A stretch of 64,000 bases of DNA. It comes from Fibrobacterota bacterium (GTDB taxonomy: Bacteria; Fibrobacterota; Chitinivibrionia; Chitinivibrionales; FEN-1185). The stretch spans positions 269,542 through 333,541 of the forward strand of contig PLWQ01000012.1 in the NCBI GenBank assembly GCA_003165595.1, read 5' to 3'. Under the pieces are notes generated by a model. It was given only the letters and a program-made list of their open reading frames with translations. It searched no databases and had not been told where the DNA came from. Below, piece by piece: positions 54,493 through 64,000 of the stretch. Within the stretch, counting starts at the first letter, position 1. Every line of letters starts with the position of its first letter. The translations under genes and the position numbers were made by a program.

Positions 54493-55119
54493 ATGACCAT
54501 GCCAAACAAAACCAACCTTACTTTTGTCAAGGTGCTGTCCGGCATCGTGGCCGCTGCGGGCCTCGCGGTCATGGCGGGCTGGATATTCAACGTCGTCCTT
54601 GTCAAGAGCGTAGCTCCGGGCCTTATTACAATGAAGTTCTCAACCGCATTTGCTTTTGTGGTAAGCGGGATCACCCTTTACTTTCTGGTACGGGCGCGGG
54701 AGGGCGAGTTCGAGAAGGCGCAGGTCGCGCTTTCCATAACCTCGTTCATCCTCGCTCTTCTCATGGGCCTGCTTTTCTTCTCCGCCGTCTTTGGTATCGA
54801 GACCGGGATCGAGAGCCTGTTCGTTAGGGACACTGGAGACGCGAGAAGCGTGGTGCCGGGAATGCCGTCCATTCCCACTACGTTCAATTTTCTGCTGGTC
54901 GCTCTTGCGGGGATCCTTGCCATCCTCAATCCTACCGGGAAACGCCAAAAGTTCAGAACCATTGGCGCCATTCTCGGCGTTACTGGTGCGCTGGCCGCTG
55001 CGGGATACGTTCTCGGCGCCCCGCTGCTGTATTATTTCATTCCAGCCGTCAACTCAGCCATGGCTTTGCATACGGCTCTGTTGTTCGTGGCATTGGGAGC
55101 GGGGTTGCTATGTCTATAA
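54493..55119 (+). CDS. Six-TM membrane protein resembling stand-alone N-terminal sensor modules of histidine kinases
   Basis: ORF trimmed to ATG 54493. The pattern is AGLAVMAGWIFNVVLVKSVAPGLITMKFSTAFAFVVSG. Its stop overlaps the next gene's ATG by 10 nt. Confidence 0.6.
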   Translation: MTMPNKTNLTFVKVLSGIVAAAGLAVMAGWIFNVVLVKSVAPGLITMKFSTAFAFVVSGITLYFLVRAREGEFEKAQVALSITSFILALLMGLLFFSAVFGIETGIESLFVRDTGDARSVVPGMPSIPTTFNFLLVALAGILAILNPTGKRQKFRTIGAILGVTGALAAAGYVLGAPLLYYFIPAVNSAMALHTALLFVALGAGLLCL

Positions 55120-58100
55120 GATCAAGGCTCATTATTATTATTCTTTCGTTGGTCACCATTCCCCTGCTTTTCGTGAGCACCGTTACCTTTTCCAATTACA
55201 AGAATTCCCTGACGGAAAGCCGGCTTACACAACTGCAGAGCCTGGCCCATTTCAAAGCGAAAGAAATCCAAGCGTACTTTGAGAGCCTTAAGAACACCCT
55301 GGAAATGTCCCGCGGATTCTATAATGTCAGGAAGAACATCCCCGAATTGTCCCGGTTGCAAAGGGACCCGCTTAACCCGGCAGCAGCCATTGCCCGGAAG
55401 ACGCTCGACGGACAATTGGTAAGAATGCAGAAAGCCCTGGACCTGGCGGATATCATGCTTGCGGACACGGGCGGCACCGTTGTCTACGTGAGCAACCCCA
55501 GGCACAAAATGGACCTGTCCAGGTCACTCGGCGAAATCTCCCCGGAGATCCTGAGCCAAAGGTCGACAGACCTTTACTTTTCGGACGTATTCATCAACAG
55601 GCTGGCGGGGAACAGGCCGGAAATACTCGCAACCGTTCCGATCGCCGACCTTAACGGGGCGCCGGCAGGCACCCTCATCCTCGAAATAGACATGGAGCCC
55701 TTGTATCGGCTGATCCAGGACACCACGGGACTGGGAGCCACCGGAGAGATTCTCGTGGGTAAACGATCCGGAAGCGATATCGTGTACCTGAATCCTTTGC
55801 GGCACGACAACAAAGCGGTCCTGTCGAGGCATGTCGGCATCGGAAAGAAAATAGCGCTTCCAATCCAGAATGGTGTTGCCGGCAAGACAGGAATCGGCAT
55901 GTCGGTCGATTACCGCGGGAATAATGTCGTGGCGGCCTGGACGCATATTGCGTTCCCCGATTGGGGGCTGGTTGCAAAGATAGACGCCCGGGAAGAATTT
56001 GCAGTGGTGACGAATTTGCAGCGTTTGTTGTTCATGGTGCTTGCCGTTGTTTTCGTGATGGCCGGCATCATAACGTTTTCAGTCGCGCAATCCATTTCCG
56101 TCCCCATTCAAAAACTCGCCAAAGGCGCGGAGATCATCGGCGGCGGCAACCTCGACCATAAGGTCGGGATGACTTTGAACGACGAAATAGGCCGGCTTTC
56201 CCGGTCATTCGACAAAATGACGCACGATTTAAGAACGACTCTCGCCTCGCGCGACGAGTTGAACAGGGAAATAGAGCGCCGCAAGGCCGCGGAAGGGGAG
56301 CGGGAAATTGCCGTTGAGTTCCTGCAGCTTGTCAATGATTCCAAGGGACTCGAAGAGTTGGTGAGATCGGCCGTCTCCTTTTTAAAGCAGAAGTCGGGGT
56401 TCGAATCGGTGGGGATAAGGCTCAGGCAGGGCGACGACTACCCCTATTTCGAAACACGGGGATTTCCCGAAGAATTCGTGCTCGCCGAAACGCACCTGTG
56501 CAGCCGCGACAGCGCCGGCATGCCTGTTCGCGGCAGCGACGGGTACCCCATCATGGAATGCATGTGCGGCAATGTGATTCAGGGCCGGACTGACCCGTCC
56601 AAGAGTTTTTTTACAAAGCGGGGCAGCTTCTGGAGCAACGGCACGACGGAATTGCTCACCACCACCACCGAAGCCGACCGGCAGGCGCGCACGCGGAACC
56701 GCTGCAACGGCGAGGGATACGAATCGGTGGGGCTCTTTGCCCTGCGCATGAGCGGCGAGAGTCTGGGCCTGCTGCAGCTTAACGACAAGAAGAAGGGGAT
56801 GTTCTCCCACTCGTCGCTTGCCTTGTGGGAAAGGCTTTCCGACGATCTCTCCGTTGCGTTGTCGAAATTTCTTGCCGAGAAGGAACTTCGCAAAAGTGAA
56901 GAGGGCCTCAAACAGGCGCAGGAACTTTCGCACCTGGGAAACTGGGAACTCGACCTCACCAACAACCGGCTCACCTGGTCCGACGAGATCTACCGGATCT
57001 TCGGTCTTGCGCCCCAGGAATTCGGCGCCACCCACGAGGCATTTCTCCATGCGGTGCATCCGGACGACCGTGCAGCGGTGGACGCGGCGTATTCCGGGTC
57101 GGTTCGCGAAAACAAGGATTCCTACGAAATAGAACACCGGGTGGTACGCAAGGGAAGCGGCGAGGTCCGCATCGTGCACGAGAAATGCGAGCATTTCCGG
57201 GACGCGGAAGGAAGAGTCGTCCGCTCGGTGGGCATGGTGCACGATATTACCGAGCGCAAACTCGCGGAGGAGAAGATCATTCTTGCAAAAGAGGAATGGG
57301 AGAGGACGTTCAACAGCGTGCCCGACCTTATCGCCATTCTCGACCGTAAACATACCATAATGCGGGTAAACATGGCGATGGCGAAAAAGATCGGGCGGAC
57401 GCCCGACGAGTGCGCGGGGCTCAAATGCTACGAAGTGGTGCACGGCTCCAACGCGCCGCCCTTCTTTTGTCCGCACGCGGTTTTGTTGACGGATGGTAAA
57501 GAGCATGCCGTCGAGGTCCACGAGGACAATTTGGGGGGCGATTTTCTCGTTACCACGACCCCGCTATTCGGCACGGACGGTCAAATGACGGGATCGGTGC
57601 ACGTCGCGCGCGACATCACCGAACGCAAGAAGGCCGAAGAGGCCCTCCGCGAAAGCCAGGAACGGTTCCGCGTGATTGCCGACGCGTCGCCGATTCAAAT
57701 ATCCGTAGGCCGCGAGGAAGACGGTACTATTCTCTTTACGAACCCTGAATACGATCGGGCGTTCGGATTTGCCAAAGGGGAACTCCTCGGCCGCAAGACG
57801 CCGGAACTCTACAACGATCCCGCCGAGCGGAACAAGCTTATCAAGGCCCTTAAAGAAGCGGGGGCTCTAAAAAATTATGAAATACAAGTGAAGAAATCCG
57901 ACGGAACCCCGTTCTGGGTCTCGATTTCCATTAATCGTATCATCTATTCGGGCGAACCTGCGCTTCTTGCCACGTCAATAGACATCACCGACCGCAAACG
58001 TGCCGAAGAGGACCTGCGGATGCGCACCGAAGAGCTCAGGGAAACCAATGAAGAGTTGACGTTCTTCAACCGCACCATGGCGGACCGGGAAGAGCGCATG

Positions 58101-58190
58101 ATCGAATTGAAAATGCAAATCAACGAATTGTGCAAACAACTGGGCAAGCCACCGCACTATGACGTCGATTTCGGCGAGGAAAAAGCATGA
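55110..58190 (+). CDS. Cache-HAMP-GAF-multi-PAS sensor protein without recognisable output domain (1026 aa)
   Basis: It has an N-terminal TM, a periplasmic Cache-like region, a second TM and a HAMP (QKLAKGAEIIGGGNLDHKV...FDKMTHDL). PAS units have DITERK linkers. The C-terminal NEELTFFNRTMADREERMIELKMQINELCKQLG is paralogous to the 49313..53299 tail. Confidence 0.85.
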   Translation: MSIRSRLIIIILSLVTIPLLFVSTVTFSNYKNSLTESRLTQLQSLAHFKAKEIQAYFESLKNTLEMSRGFYNVRKNIPELSRLQRDPLNPAAAIARKTLDGQLVRMQKALDLADIMLADTGGTVVYVSNPRHKMDLSRSLGEISPEILSQRSTDLYFSDVFINRLAGNRPEILATVPIADLNGAPAGTLILEIDMEPLYRLIQDTTGLGATGEILVGKRSGSDIVYLNPLRHDNKAVLSRHVGIGKKIALPIQNGVAGKTGIGMSVDYRGNNVVAAWTHIAFPDWGLVAKIDAREEFAVVTNLQRLLFMVLAVVFVMAGIITFSVAQSISVPIQKLAKGAEIIGGGNLDHKVGMTLNDEIGRLSRSFDKMTHDLRTTLASRDELNREIERRKAAEGEREIAVEFLQLVNDSKGLEELVRSAVSFLKQKSGFESVGIRLRQGDDYPYFETRGFPEEFVLAETHLCSRDSAGMPVRGSDGYPIMECMCGNVIQGRTDPSKSFFTKRGSFWSNGTTELLTTTTEADRQARTRNRCNGEGYESVGLFALRMSGESLGLLQLNDKKKGMFSHSSLALWERLSDDLSVALSKFLAEKELRKSEEGLKQAQELSHLGNWELDLTNNRLTWSDEIYRIFGLAPQEFGATHEAFLHAVHPDDRAAVDAAYSGSVRENKDSYEIEHRVVRKGSGEVRIVHEKCEHFRDAEGRVVRSVGMVHDITERKLAEEKIILAKEEWERTFNSVPDLIAILDRKHTIMRVNMAMAKKIGRTPDECAGLKCYEVVHGSNAPPFFCPHAVLLTDGKEHAVEVHEDNLGGDFLVTTTPLFGTDGQMTGSVHVARDITERKKAEEALRESQERFRVIADASPIQISVGREEDGTILFTNPEYDRAFGFAKGELLGRKTPELYNDPAERNKLIKALKEAGALKNYEIQVKKSDGTPFWVSISINRIIYSGEPALLATSIDITDRKRAEEDLRMRTEELRETNEELTFFNRTMADREERMIELKMQINELCKQLGKPPHYDVDFGEEKA

Positions 58191-61100
58191 GCACGGAAGT
58201 CCGGCACGTTATGCCCCGTAAGACCGCCGGCCAATGGCGCAACCTGGCCTGGTTGCCCGTTCCCTTATTGGCGGCCGCGATAGTTGCGCTATGGGTGGCG
58301 GACATGCGGGTCGTTTGGACCTTGCCATTCTTGTACGGCCTCGTCCAATATGGTTCAGGGATTCTCGGTATTGTTTTCATCGTCATTCCGGCCGCCCGCA
58401 GCTTCGCGGCCAATGGTCAACCTACCGTTTTGATGCTTGGCTGCGGAGTGCTGATGTCGCAGATTGGTGCGTTTGCCATGCCGTTCGTGCCGGGGCATGG
58501 TTTGAACCAGGGCTTCGCGATCTACAACACGTCCGTTTTGCTGTCGGCATTGTTTCAATGTACAGGCGTAGCCATCGCCTCCAGGCGCAAAGTCCCGCTG
58601 GTCCATTCGACCGCGTGGCTGACGTATGTATATCTGGGCGGCATGGGGTTGATGGGGCTGGTGATCTGGGGCTCATTGACAAATATGATGCCGGTTTTCT
58701 TTGTCGACGGCCAGGGCGGGACCCTGCTGCGCAGCCTGGCGGTGAGCGCGGCCGTGGCGCTTTTTCTTGCGACGTCCGGCCTTCTTTGGCGGATGCACCG
58801 CCGTTCACCGTCGCCATTCCTCTTTTGGTATGCGCTTGGCCTGGTTTTGCTGGCAACCGGTCTTGCCGGATCAATGGTAATTGCCGTCCGGGACTCACCT
58901 TTGCAGTGGGTAACGCGGTCAACGCAGGTTCTCGGGTTGGTTTACATGTGCATTGCGGCGTTGGCGTCGGCGCGAAAGACCGGCGTATGGCAGGTTCCGG
59001 GAGAATTCACTCTGCGCAAACAGGCCGAGGAATCGCTGCGGGAAAGTGAGGAGAAATACCGCCGCCTCATCGAAACGGCAAGCGAAGGCATCATGATGGG
59101 CGGGCTGGACGGAAGAATAACGTTTGCAAACAAGAAGATTTCGGACATGCTCGGCTATTCCATCGACGAATTGGTCGGGGAAATAGGCCTGGATTTCATG
59201 CCTGCGGACCAGAAAGAAAAAGTGATTGCCGCCCGTACAGAACTCATAAAGAAGAACAATGTTCAAATCGAAGTTTGCTTCCTTCGCAAAGACGGCTCCC
59301 GGCTCTGGACAATAGGAAGCTATGCCCCGATTACGGATCATACGGGCGAACATACCGGCAACCTCGCGATGTACACTGATATCACCCGGCGCAAAAAGAC
59401 GGAAGAAGCGCTGCGCATCAGCGAGGAACGGTATCACAACTTGTTCAGTACGATGGAGGAAGGTTTTTGCATCATCGAGATGATATTCGACAAAGAGGGC
59501 AGGCCCGCCGATTACCGTTTCCTTGAAATCAACTCAGCCTTCGAAAAGCAAACCGGGCTGCACGGCGCGGAGGGAAAACTGATGCGCGAGCTTGCGCCGG
59601 CCCATGAGGCATATTGGTTCGAGATATACGGGAACGTCGCGCTCACGGGCGAATCGATCCGTTTTGTCAACGAAGCCAAAGCATTGAATCGCTGGTTCGA
59701 AGTGTACGCCTATCGCATCGGCAAGCCGGAGGAACGTCAAGTCGTCATCGTTTTCAACGATATCAGCGAAAACAAACGGGCCGAAGCGGCGCTGCGGGAG
59801 AGCGAGGCGCGCTTCCGCAGCACTATGGACAACATGCTGGAAGGCTGTCAGATTCTCAACCGGCAGTGGCAGTACGTTTATATCAACGACGCCGCGGAGC
59901 GACAAAACCGCAGACCAAGAGCGGAACTCATGGGCAAGCGGTACATGGACATATGGCCCGGCATCGAATCCACGCATGTCTTTTCCGCCATTGGACGCTG
60001 TCTGGAGGAAGGAAAGGCCGAGACATGGGAGAACGAGTTCACCTTCCCGGACGGCGCCATTGGATGGTTCGACCTCACGATTCAACCGGTGCCGGAGGGC
60101 GTGTTCATCCTCTCAATGGACGTGACGGTGCGGAAAAAGGCGGAGGCGGTGCTCCTCGATGCAAAGACGCAGAAACAGGTCGCCCAGTATTCCCGGAACC
60201 TTCTCGAAACGTCACTCGATCCCCTGGTCACCATTTCGGCTGAGGGAAAAATCACCGACGCAAACGCCGCCGCCGTCCGGGCCACGGGCATGCCCAAGGA
60301 AGACCTTATCGGGACGGATTTCTCAATTTACTTTACGGAACCAGAAAAGGCGGACCTCGGCTACCGGCAGGTCTTTGAGCAGGGTTCCGCCATCGATTAT
60401 CCCCTTACCATCCGGCACAAAAACGGTTCGCTCATGAACGTCCTTTATAACGCCGCGGTTTACAAAGACGAAGGCGGCAACGTGCTGGGGGTATTTGCCG
60501 CGGCGCGCGATGTAACCGCGCGCAAACGGGCGGAGGAAGAACTGGCGGTGCACCAGCGGCACCTCGAAGGGCTGGTCGCCGCGCGAACAGCCGAACTGCA
60601 GAAGGCAAACCAGGACCTGCGCGGCTCGCGCCGGGCCGCCCTCAACCTGCTCAAGGATGCCGTTGAGGCGCGCCGCGCGGTCGAACAGGCCGAAGAGGGG
60701 CTGCGCCGTTCCGCGGAAGATCTTGGCCGCAGCAACAAGGACCTTGAGCAGTTCGCCTACGTCGCCTCGCACGACCTGCAGGAACCTTTGCGCGCCGTGG
60801 GCGGATTTATGGGCCTGCTCAAGAATCAATACTACAACAAACTTGACGACCAGGCCCGGGAATACATTGATTTTTCGGTAGAGGGAGCAGAACGGATGCA
60901 GAGCCTTATCGAAGGCCTGCTTGCTTTCTCCCGGGTGGGCACGCGTGGCGGGGAATTCGCGCCAATCGGCCTTGAGAGTGCGTTCAACGCGGCGACTGCC
61001 AACCTTAAATTCCTGATTACGGAAAGCCAGGCCGCCATCACCAGCGACCCCTTGCCCGTTGTCACGGCGGATCTGCTGCAGATGACCCAACTTTTGCAGA

Positions 61101-61414
61101 ACCTTATCGCCAACGCGGTAAAGTTCCACGGCCCGCTTAGCCCCAAGATACATATCGGCGCGCAGCGCAAGGAACGTGCATGGGAAATTTGCGTGCGCGA
61201 CAACGGGATTGGTATTGATTCGCAGTACTTCGACAGAATATTTTTGATCTTCCAGCGCCTCCACACCCGGACGCAGTACAAAGGCACGGGCATCGGCCTT
61301 GCCGTCTGCAAAAAGATCGTGGAGCGTCACGGCGGGAAAATATGGGTCGAATCCGTCCCCGGGCAGGGATCGACCTTCCGTTTCACCATTCCAGACAAAG
61401 GAGAATCAGCGTGA
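58187..61414 (+). CDS. Membrane-anchored multi-PAS sensor histidine kinase
   Basis: It has about 8 N-terminal TM helices and several PAS units. The H-box is FAYVASHDLQEPLRAV. HATPase_c motifs are NLIANAVKF, DNGIGID and GTGIGLAVCKKIV. It has an ATGA overlap with the upstream gene. Confidence 0.9.
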   Translation: MSTEVRHVMPRKTAGQWRNLAWLPVPLLAAAIVALWVADMRVVWTLPFLYGLVQYGSGILGIVFIVIPAARSFAANGQPTVLMLGCGVLMSQIGAFAMPFVPGHGLNQGFAIYNTSVLLSALFQCTGVAIASRRKVPLVHSTAWLTYVYLGGMGLMGLVIWGSLTNMMPVFFVDGQGGTLLRSLAVSAAVALFLATSGLLWRMHRRSPSPFLFWYALGLVLLATGLAGSMVIAVRDSPLQWVTRSTQVLGLVYMCIAALASARKTGVWQVPGEFTLRKQAEESLRESEEKYRRLIETASEGIMMGGLDGRITFANKKISDMLGYSIDELVGEIGLDFMPADQKEKVIAARTELIKKNNVQIEVCFLRKDGSRLWTIGSYAPITDHTGEHTGNLAMYTDITRRKKTEEALRISEERYHNLFSTMEEGFCIIEMIFDKEGRPADYRFLEINSAFEKQTGLHGAEGKLMRELAPAHEAYWFEIYGNVALTGESIRFVNEAKALNRWFEVYAYRIGKPEERQVVIVFNDISENKRAEAALRESEARFRSTMDNMLEGCQILNRQWQYVYINDAAERQNRRPRAELMGKRYMDIWPGIESTHVFSAIGRCLEEGKAETWENEFTFPDGAIGWFDLTIQPVPEGVFILSMDVTVRKKAEAVLLDAKTQKQVAQYSRNLLETSLDPLVTISAEGKITDANAAAVRATGMPKEDLIGTDFSIYFTEPEKADLGYRQVFEQGSAIDYPLTIRHKNGSLMNVLYNAAVYKDEGGNVLGVFAAARDVTARKRAEEELAVHQRHLEGLVAARTAELQKANQDLRGSRRAALNLLKDAVEARRAVEQAEEGLRRSAEDLGRSNKDLEQFAYVASHDLQEPLRAVGGFMGLLKNQYYNKLDDQAREYIDFSVEGAERMQSLIEGLLAFSRVGTRGGEFAPIGLESAFNAATANLKFLITESQAAITSDPLPVVTADLLQMTQLLQNLIANAVKFHGPLSPKIHIGAQRKERAWEICVRDNGIGIDSQYFDRIFLIFQRLHTRTQYKGTGIGLAVCKKIVERHGGKIWVESVPGQGSTFRFTIPDKGESA

Positions 61415-61857
61415 GTCCACTCCAGACACGGCCCATCCAGATACTTTTGGTGGAAGACAGCCCGAGCGACGCAAAGCTGACGATTTCGGCGCTCAAGCTT
61501 GCCAAGGTGGCCAATGAACTTCATCACGTCGATGACGGTGTGGAAGCAATGGAATTTCTCAAGCGACGGGGAAAATATGAGAAGTCGCCGAGGCCGGACC
61601 TGATCCTGCTCGACCTCAATCTTCCGAGAAAAGACGGACGGGAGGTTCTGGAAGAGATGAAGGAGAATCCCGATTTCAGCAGCATCCCGGTGATCGTGCT
61701 CACAACTTCGAGCGCCGAGCAGGATATCCTTCGATCCTATCAGCTCCATTGTAATTGTTATGTTACCAAGCCGGTAAATTTCGACCGCTTTCTCGAATGT
61801 GTCCGATCCATAGAACATTTTTGGTTGTCGGTGGTTGTGCTCCCCGTAAAAGAATAG
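61411..61857 (+). CDS. Stand-alone response-regulator receiver protein
   Basis: ORF 61342..61857 trimmed to GTG 61411 (GTGA overlap with the kinase stop). It has ILLVEDSPSD, DLILLDLNLPRKDG and TKP. Confidence 0.8.
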   Translation: MSPLQTRPIQILLVEDSPSDAKLTISALKLAKVANELHHVDDGVEAMEFLKRRGKYEKSPRPDLILLDLNLPRKDGREVLEEMKENPDFSSIPVIVLTTSSAEQDILRSYQLHCNCYVTKPVNFDRFLECVRSIEHFWLSVVVLPVKE

Positions 61858-61867
61858 GGACATTGCA

Positions 61868-64000
61868 ATGTCGGCATTGCCGGAAATAAGAATTCTTCTC
61901 GTGGAAGACAGTCCATCGGACGCCCTGTTGCTCCAAGAGTCCCTCAAGGAGGTCCAGGGCGCCCTTTTTGTGGTGTCGTGGGTAGAACGTCTCGCCGATG
62001 CAATAAAAGCACTTGGCGAAAAAACCTTTGATGTTGGCCTGCTCGACCTGAACCTGCCGGACAGCTCCGGCACCGCCACCTACCGAAGAATCCAGGAGGC
62101 GGTGCCGGAGCTCGCCCTTGTGGTGCTCACCGGAGCCGCAGACGAAACCGCCGGTGCCGACGCCATCCGTCACGGCGTGCAGGACTATCTTGTTAAAGGG
62201 GTTGCCGGCGGCACAACCGTTGCTCGCGTCATACGGTATGCCATAGAACGCAAGCAGGCCACTGCAAGGGTGCAGCAGCTCAACACCGAACTGGAACGCC
62301 GGGTAAACGAAATCCAGGTCGCAAACACGGCGCTTCAGGAATCACGAACTGCCGCACTCAACCTCATGGAAGACGCGGTGGAGGCAAGGAAGCTGGCCGA
62401 GCAAACAAGCATTGAGCTCAAACACGTCGCGGAAGAGCGAGGCCGGGCCTTGGAATCGCTCCGTACGCTTAACCGCGCGCTCAAGGCGTTGAGCGCAAGC
62501 AGCAAGGCCCTTACGCTTACGACCGAGGAAGACGATTTCCTCAGGGAAGTATGCAGGATAGTCCAAGAGGACTGCGGCCACGCGATGGTATGGATAGGGT
62601 TTGCAAGTGAGAATGACGGAGAAGCAATAAGGCCCGCGGCATACGCCGGCTTTGAAGAAGGATATCTGGAAACCCTGAAGCTAACCTGGTCGGACTCGGA
62701 ACGCGGACGCGGCCCCACCGGCACCGCAATCCGCACCGGACTGCCTTCGGAATGCAGGAACATGCTCACCGACCCGGCCTTCACACCCTGGCGGGAAGAA
62801 GCGGTCAAGCGCGGCTATGCATCATCCGTCGCCCTGCCGCTCTTCACCATGGCGCGGGGCAGGGCCTTTGGCGCAATCACCATTTACGACAGGAAACCCG
62901 AAGGGTTTTCGGCCGACGAGGTAATGCTGCTTTCCGAATTGGCAAGCGACCTTGCCCTCGGGATTCAGACCATCCGGCTTCGCGCCGCGCATGCAAGAGC
63001 CGAAGAGGCCGTCCACGAAAGCGAAGCGCGCTACCGTTCGCTCTTTAATGGCATGACCGAAGGGTTCGCGCTCCACGAACTCATCTGCGACGAAAAAGGA
63101 AATCCGGCCGATTACCGCTTTCTTGATGTCAATCCCGCGTTCGAAAAACTCACCGGGCTGTCACGTGTGGACATTGTTGGAAAAACCAGGAGCGCTATTC
63201 CGCTGCTTCTGGATGATGATTCCAAACTGAAATCGATCTATAGCCGGGTGGCGATTTCGGGAGAACCGGTTCATTTCGAGAGTTATTCCACCGCACTCAA
63301 GGCGCATTTCAACATTTTTTCCTACCAGCCGGCCCCCATGCAATTTGCCGTTATTGTCATGAACATTACCGAACAAATGGAAAACCGAAAAAAAATCGAA
63401 GAACTCAATACGTTTCTCAAACGACGGGCCGCGGAACTCAGCTCGTCGTACAACGAGCTCCAGTCGCTCACCCGGTTGCTCTCGCACGATCTCCGCGTCC
63501 CGCTACGGGTAGTGAGCGGATACAGCCACCTGCTTCTCAAAGAGTACGCCGACAAGATCGACGCTTCGGGTAACAAATACATAAAATTGCTTGACAGCGG
63601 GGTTCAGCAGGTGAACCAGCTTCTCGACAGCGTTCTGCTCCTGTCGGGAATTTCCCAGAAGCAGATGTGGCTGCAGCGTGTGAACCTGAGCGGGCTTGCA
63701 CGTGAAGTTGCGGAGAATCTCCAAAGGTCTCAGCCAAACCGCAAAGCGGATTTCGTGATCCGGGAAAACGTGACGGAATGGGCGGACTACGGTTTTATGA
63801 AGCAGGTGTTGCAGAACCTGTTCGAAAACGCATGGAAATTCACCTCCACCCGTCAAAGGCCGTGCATCGAATTCGGTATTGTTGACGGACAGGAACCGCA
63901 GGTCTGTTTCGTCCGCGACAACGGGATAAGTTTCGATTCGCAAGACGCCACGAAGCTGTTTACCCCTTTCCACCGGTTTACGGCCGGAAATGATGCCGCC
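61868..64000 (+). CDS. Hybrid sensor: receiver, coiled coil, GAF, PAS, HisKA and HATPase_c (3' end beyond window)
   Basis: Absent from the ORF track because it has no stop in the window. Hand translation from ATG 61868 (MSALPEIRILLVEDSPSD...) is open to 64000, 711 codons. It has DVGLLDLNLPDSSG and a GAF (GPTGTAIRTG). The H-box is LLSHDLRVPLRVV and the N-box is NLFENAWKF. Confidence 0.85.
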   Translation, partial: MSALPEIRILLVEDSPSDALLLQESLKEVQGALFVVSWVERLADAIKALGEKTFDVGLLDLNLPDSSGTATYRRIQEAVPELALVVLTGAADETAGADAIRHGVQDYLVKGVAGGTTVARVIRYAIERKQATARVQQLNTELERRVNEIQVANTALQESRTAALNLMEDAVEARKLAEQTSIELKHVAEERGRALESLRTLNRALKALSASSKALTLTTEEDDFLREVCRIVQEDCGHAMVWIGFASENDGEAIRPAAYAGFEEGYLETLKLTWSDSERGRGPTGTAIRTGLPSECRNMLTDPAFTPWREEAVKRGYASSVALPLFTMARGRAFGAITIYDRKPEGFSADEVMLLSELASDLALGIQTIRLRAAHARAEEAVHESEARYRSLFNGMTEGFALHELICDEKGNPADYRFLDVNPAFEKLTGLSRVDIVGKTRSAIPLLLDDDSKLKSIYSRVAISGEPVHFESYSTALKAHFNIFSYQPAPMQFAVIVMNITEQMENRKKIEELNTFLKRRAAELSSSYNELQSLTRLLSHDLRVPLRVVSGYSHLLLKEYADKIDASGNKYIKLLDSGVQQVNQLLDSVLLLSGISQKQMWLQRVNLSGLAREVAENLQRSQPNRKADFVIRENVTEWADYGFMKQVLQNLFENAWKFTSTRQRPCIEFGIVDGQEPQVCFVRDNGISFDSQDATKLFTPFHRFTAGNDAA

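Noticed and set aside
54090-54674. The 194-aa minus-strand ORF with repetitive FPMTNDHFFPSYDFQ-like sequence.
   Set aside because: It is a translation artefact of the GTCATTGGTCAT repeat array. It also runs antisense into the start of the membrane-protein gene.

Overview
A 64-kb, densely coding bacterial chromosomal window with moderately high GC. Many adjacent genes overlap by 1-8 nt at their stop and start codons. Two proteins carry T9SS-type C-terminal sorting domains, which hints at an FCB-superphylum-like host (inference only). I saw no rRNA, tRNA, CRISPR array, transposase, integrase or phage module. Content from left to right follows. (1) 0-14.8 kb is a molybdenum/tungsten-linked island. 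It holds a truncated anion-porin-like gene, modE, a di-Mop molbindin and a TonB-dependent receptor. It also holds a tight minus-strand operon: FmdE-like, FecCD permease, ATPase, binding protein, ExbB, ExbD, TonB, XdhC-like and two DUF364 genes. Three ModE-operator-like inverted repeats sit in its three promoter-sized gaps. (2) 13.1-17.5 kb holds an ECF sigma, a FecR-like anti-sigma, a TupA-like binding protein and a TauE/TSUP permease in one operon, plus a divergent secreted helical protein. (3) 17.5-22 kb holds a multihaem cytochrome c, a desulforedoxin-like mini-protein, a T9SS cupredoxin, a tail-collar-domain protein and a T9SS YWTD propeller. (4) 22.3-28 kb holds a TolC/MFP/RND efflux operon followed by Hsp20. 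(5) 28.7-36 kb holds a Rieske protein, two DUF2231 membrane proteins and an aerobic cytochrome c oxidase operon: SCO1, CoxI, CoxIII, CoxIV, CoxII-cyt c and haem O synthase. (6) 36-43.6 kb is housekeeping and stress genes: MATE, desaturase, ferredoxin, TrxB, DUF1761, SRPBCC, YciI, cytochrome c peroxidase and DUF2934. (7) 43.9-44.9 kb is an AT-richer orphan gene bracketed by two copies of a MITE-like palindromic element. (8) 45-64 kb is a large PAS/GAF/Cache two-component signalling region. It is interrupted by a four-helix-bundle (23S rRNA IVS-protein family) gene embedded between two dyad-symmetric GTCATTGGTCAT-type repeat arrays. The most interesting hypothesis is that the ModE-wired TonB/ABC/DUF364/XdhC/FmdE island imports and unloads chelated Mo or W. 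All family assignments come from motif recognition by eye, with no searches run.
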